A stretch of 64,000 nt of DNA, taken from NCBI RefSeq assembly GCF_030684315.1, contig NC_081370.1, forward strand, positions 34,304,728 through 34,368,727. The letters are read 5' to 3'. The DNA is from Stegostoma tigrinum (Eukaryota). Positions within the stretch are counted from its first letter, which is position 1; each line of letters begins with the position of its first letter. The notes under the pieces were generated by a model. It was given only the letters and a program-made list of their open reading frames with translations, searched no databases and was not told where the DNA came from. The position numbers and the translations under genes are program-made. Shown in pieces: positions 62,296-64,000 of the stretch.

Positions 62296-64000
62296 AGAAT
62301 AGTTAGGTGGTTGTTTTTGACTGTCACAGAGTTGATGGGCCATGGTTCCTTTTTCTGTGCTGTTTACCTGTTTGACTATGTTTCCCCTGACTGAGTCTAA
62401 AACCAGGGGAAATAATCTCAGGGTATGGTGGTGGCCATTTAAGATTGAGGTGAGGATGAATTTCTTCAATCCGAAGGAAGTGAATCTTTGAAATTCTTTC
62501 CTACTGGGGTCTGGAAAGCTCAATCATTGAGTGTGTTCACGACAGCAATCAATAGATCTCCAGAGACAAATAATTGAAATGAACATGGAGATGGAACATG
62601 GAAGTGGCGTTGAGGCAGATGATCACCTCTGACCAGAATGGAGTAGTTGAGCTGGCTTAACGAGCCGTATGGCCCGCTACTCTTATTACGTTCCACTATT
62701 CTAATGGAGAAATCTTGCCACAATTGTATGAGGCATTGGTATGGTACATCTGGAATTTTGTGTGTAGGTTTGGTCTCCATGCTTAAGTGTGGACATTTTT
62801 ACGTCAACCTGTTCAGATATGTTATGACATACATCTGGATGCTTGAACTCGTGCCTTCTGGCCCAGAGATAGGGACACTATCAGAGCACCACAAATCCCT
62901 TTTAAGGAAGGATGCACTTGCATCGGAGGCAACACACCAAAGGTTCATTAAGTTGACCACTAGGGTGAGAGGATTGTACATGGATGAGAAGATGAATTAA
63001 TTGAGACTCTGTTGTCTGGAGTTTAGAAGATCTCAAAAGAGATGATCTTAATGAAACATTCATGATTATAAAGGTTGTCAGGGTAGATACTGAGTTTGTT
63101 TTTCTGTCTGTCTCGGGAATCTAAAACTTGGGGTCAAAGTCTCACAAGTGAAAAGTTCATCATTTAGGATCGAAATGAAGAGAAATTTAGTTTGCTCAAA
63201 GGGATGTGACTTTTGGAATTCTCTGCCTCAGTTGGCATGTTGTCATTATTGAATTTATTTATAACAGACAGATTTTTGGTCTTAAGATCAGCCATGATTG
63301 TATTATATGGAGGAGATGGCTCAACAGACTACAGTTTTCCCCTAGTCCTATTTCTTACATTCTTACATTTAAAGAAATATTTATAATCCAAATAGTAATA
63401 AACTATGGTTCATTAAAATAAGTTCATTGTTTGTTTCTGGCCTGAGTATTTCGTATCTCTAAATTTTTCCAGGCCTTCAAGCCTTACCCAGAATTTTCAT
63501 TCTTCTGACCACCATATCCTAATATCCTGTGCTCCTCCATCTCACAATTCCTGAGTAATCTAAATGCTTAATTTTGGTATTTGTTCCATAAACAATTCTG
63601 TGTTAGCTCAGGTTTATTCACTCACGCCTCTGATTCAGAAGCTTGTAGCTTTAAGTTTCATTCCAGAATAGAAACAAAAAAGCTAAACAGCTCCCTCTCC
63701 AACATGCAGGGTACTGTGCTTTCAGAGGTGTGGTTTCTTGGATGAAACATTAAATGAAGATCCTACCTGTCTTCTCTGTTAAATGTGAAAGATTTCAAGG
63801 CTGTATTTCCGAGAAAGCGTTTACTCCTGGCCTCCTAGACAGTATTTATGGTTGCATCAACATCACAAAACCAGATTATCTAATCATTACCATATTGTTA
63901 ATGGGATCAGGCTATATCTAAATTAGCTGTAATGATTTCTACATTTCAATGTTTCACATTAAAATGCTTCAGTGGTTGTAAAAAGCTTTGCGATGACCTG

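Noticed and set aside
55632-64000. C1, TM or Gag-like tail exons of the B7-H6-like gene
   Set aside because: None recognisable here; the interval is mostly TE-derived, so these exons presumably lie beyond the window

Overview
Eukaryotic, intron- and transposon-rich vertebrate genomic DNA. HE1/V-SINE-like SINEs, abundant CR1 LINEs and Penelope-like elements suggest a cartilaginous fish (shark); this is an inference. Most entries in the ORF track are TE fragments or chance ORFs, and the host genes are spliced exons, all on the + strand. (1) About 805-41634 holds the 3' part of an IgSF gene made of internally duplicated modules. A 423-nt phase-1/1 exon encodes a degenerate C1-set-like Ig domain lacking the canonical Cys-Trp-Cys triad (3 copies: 805, 19423, 31029). 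It alternates with nine 96-108-nt phase-1/1 exons encoding acidic Glu/Gln-rich 32-36-aa repeats, which the ORF track does not show as a family. No transmembrane exon is seen in this part. (2) From about 46770 a B7-H6 (NCR3LG1)-like gene begins, with a triple-GAAA ISRE/IRF-E promoter motif, a signal-peptide exon and an intact IgV exon (55299-55631). Its remaining exons were not found and probably lie beyond the window. The introns carry a near-full-length CR1 (esterase ORF1, APE-RT ORF2), Neptune-type Penelope-like elements (RT + GIY-YIG) with minimal hammerhead-ribozyme cores, fold-back mini-elements with target-site duplications, Rex1/Babar and L2-like fragments, SINEs and a (CA)n microsatellite. 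All calls come from reading the sequence by eye; no database searches were run.
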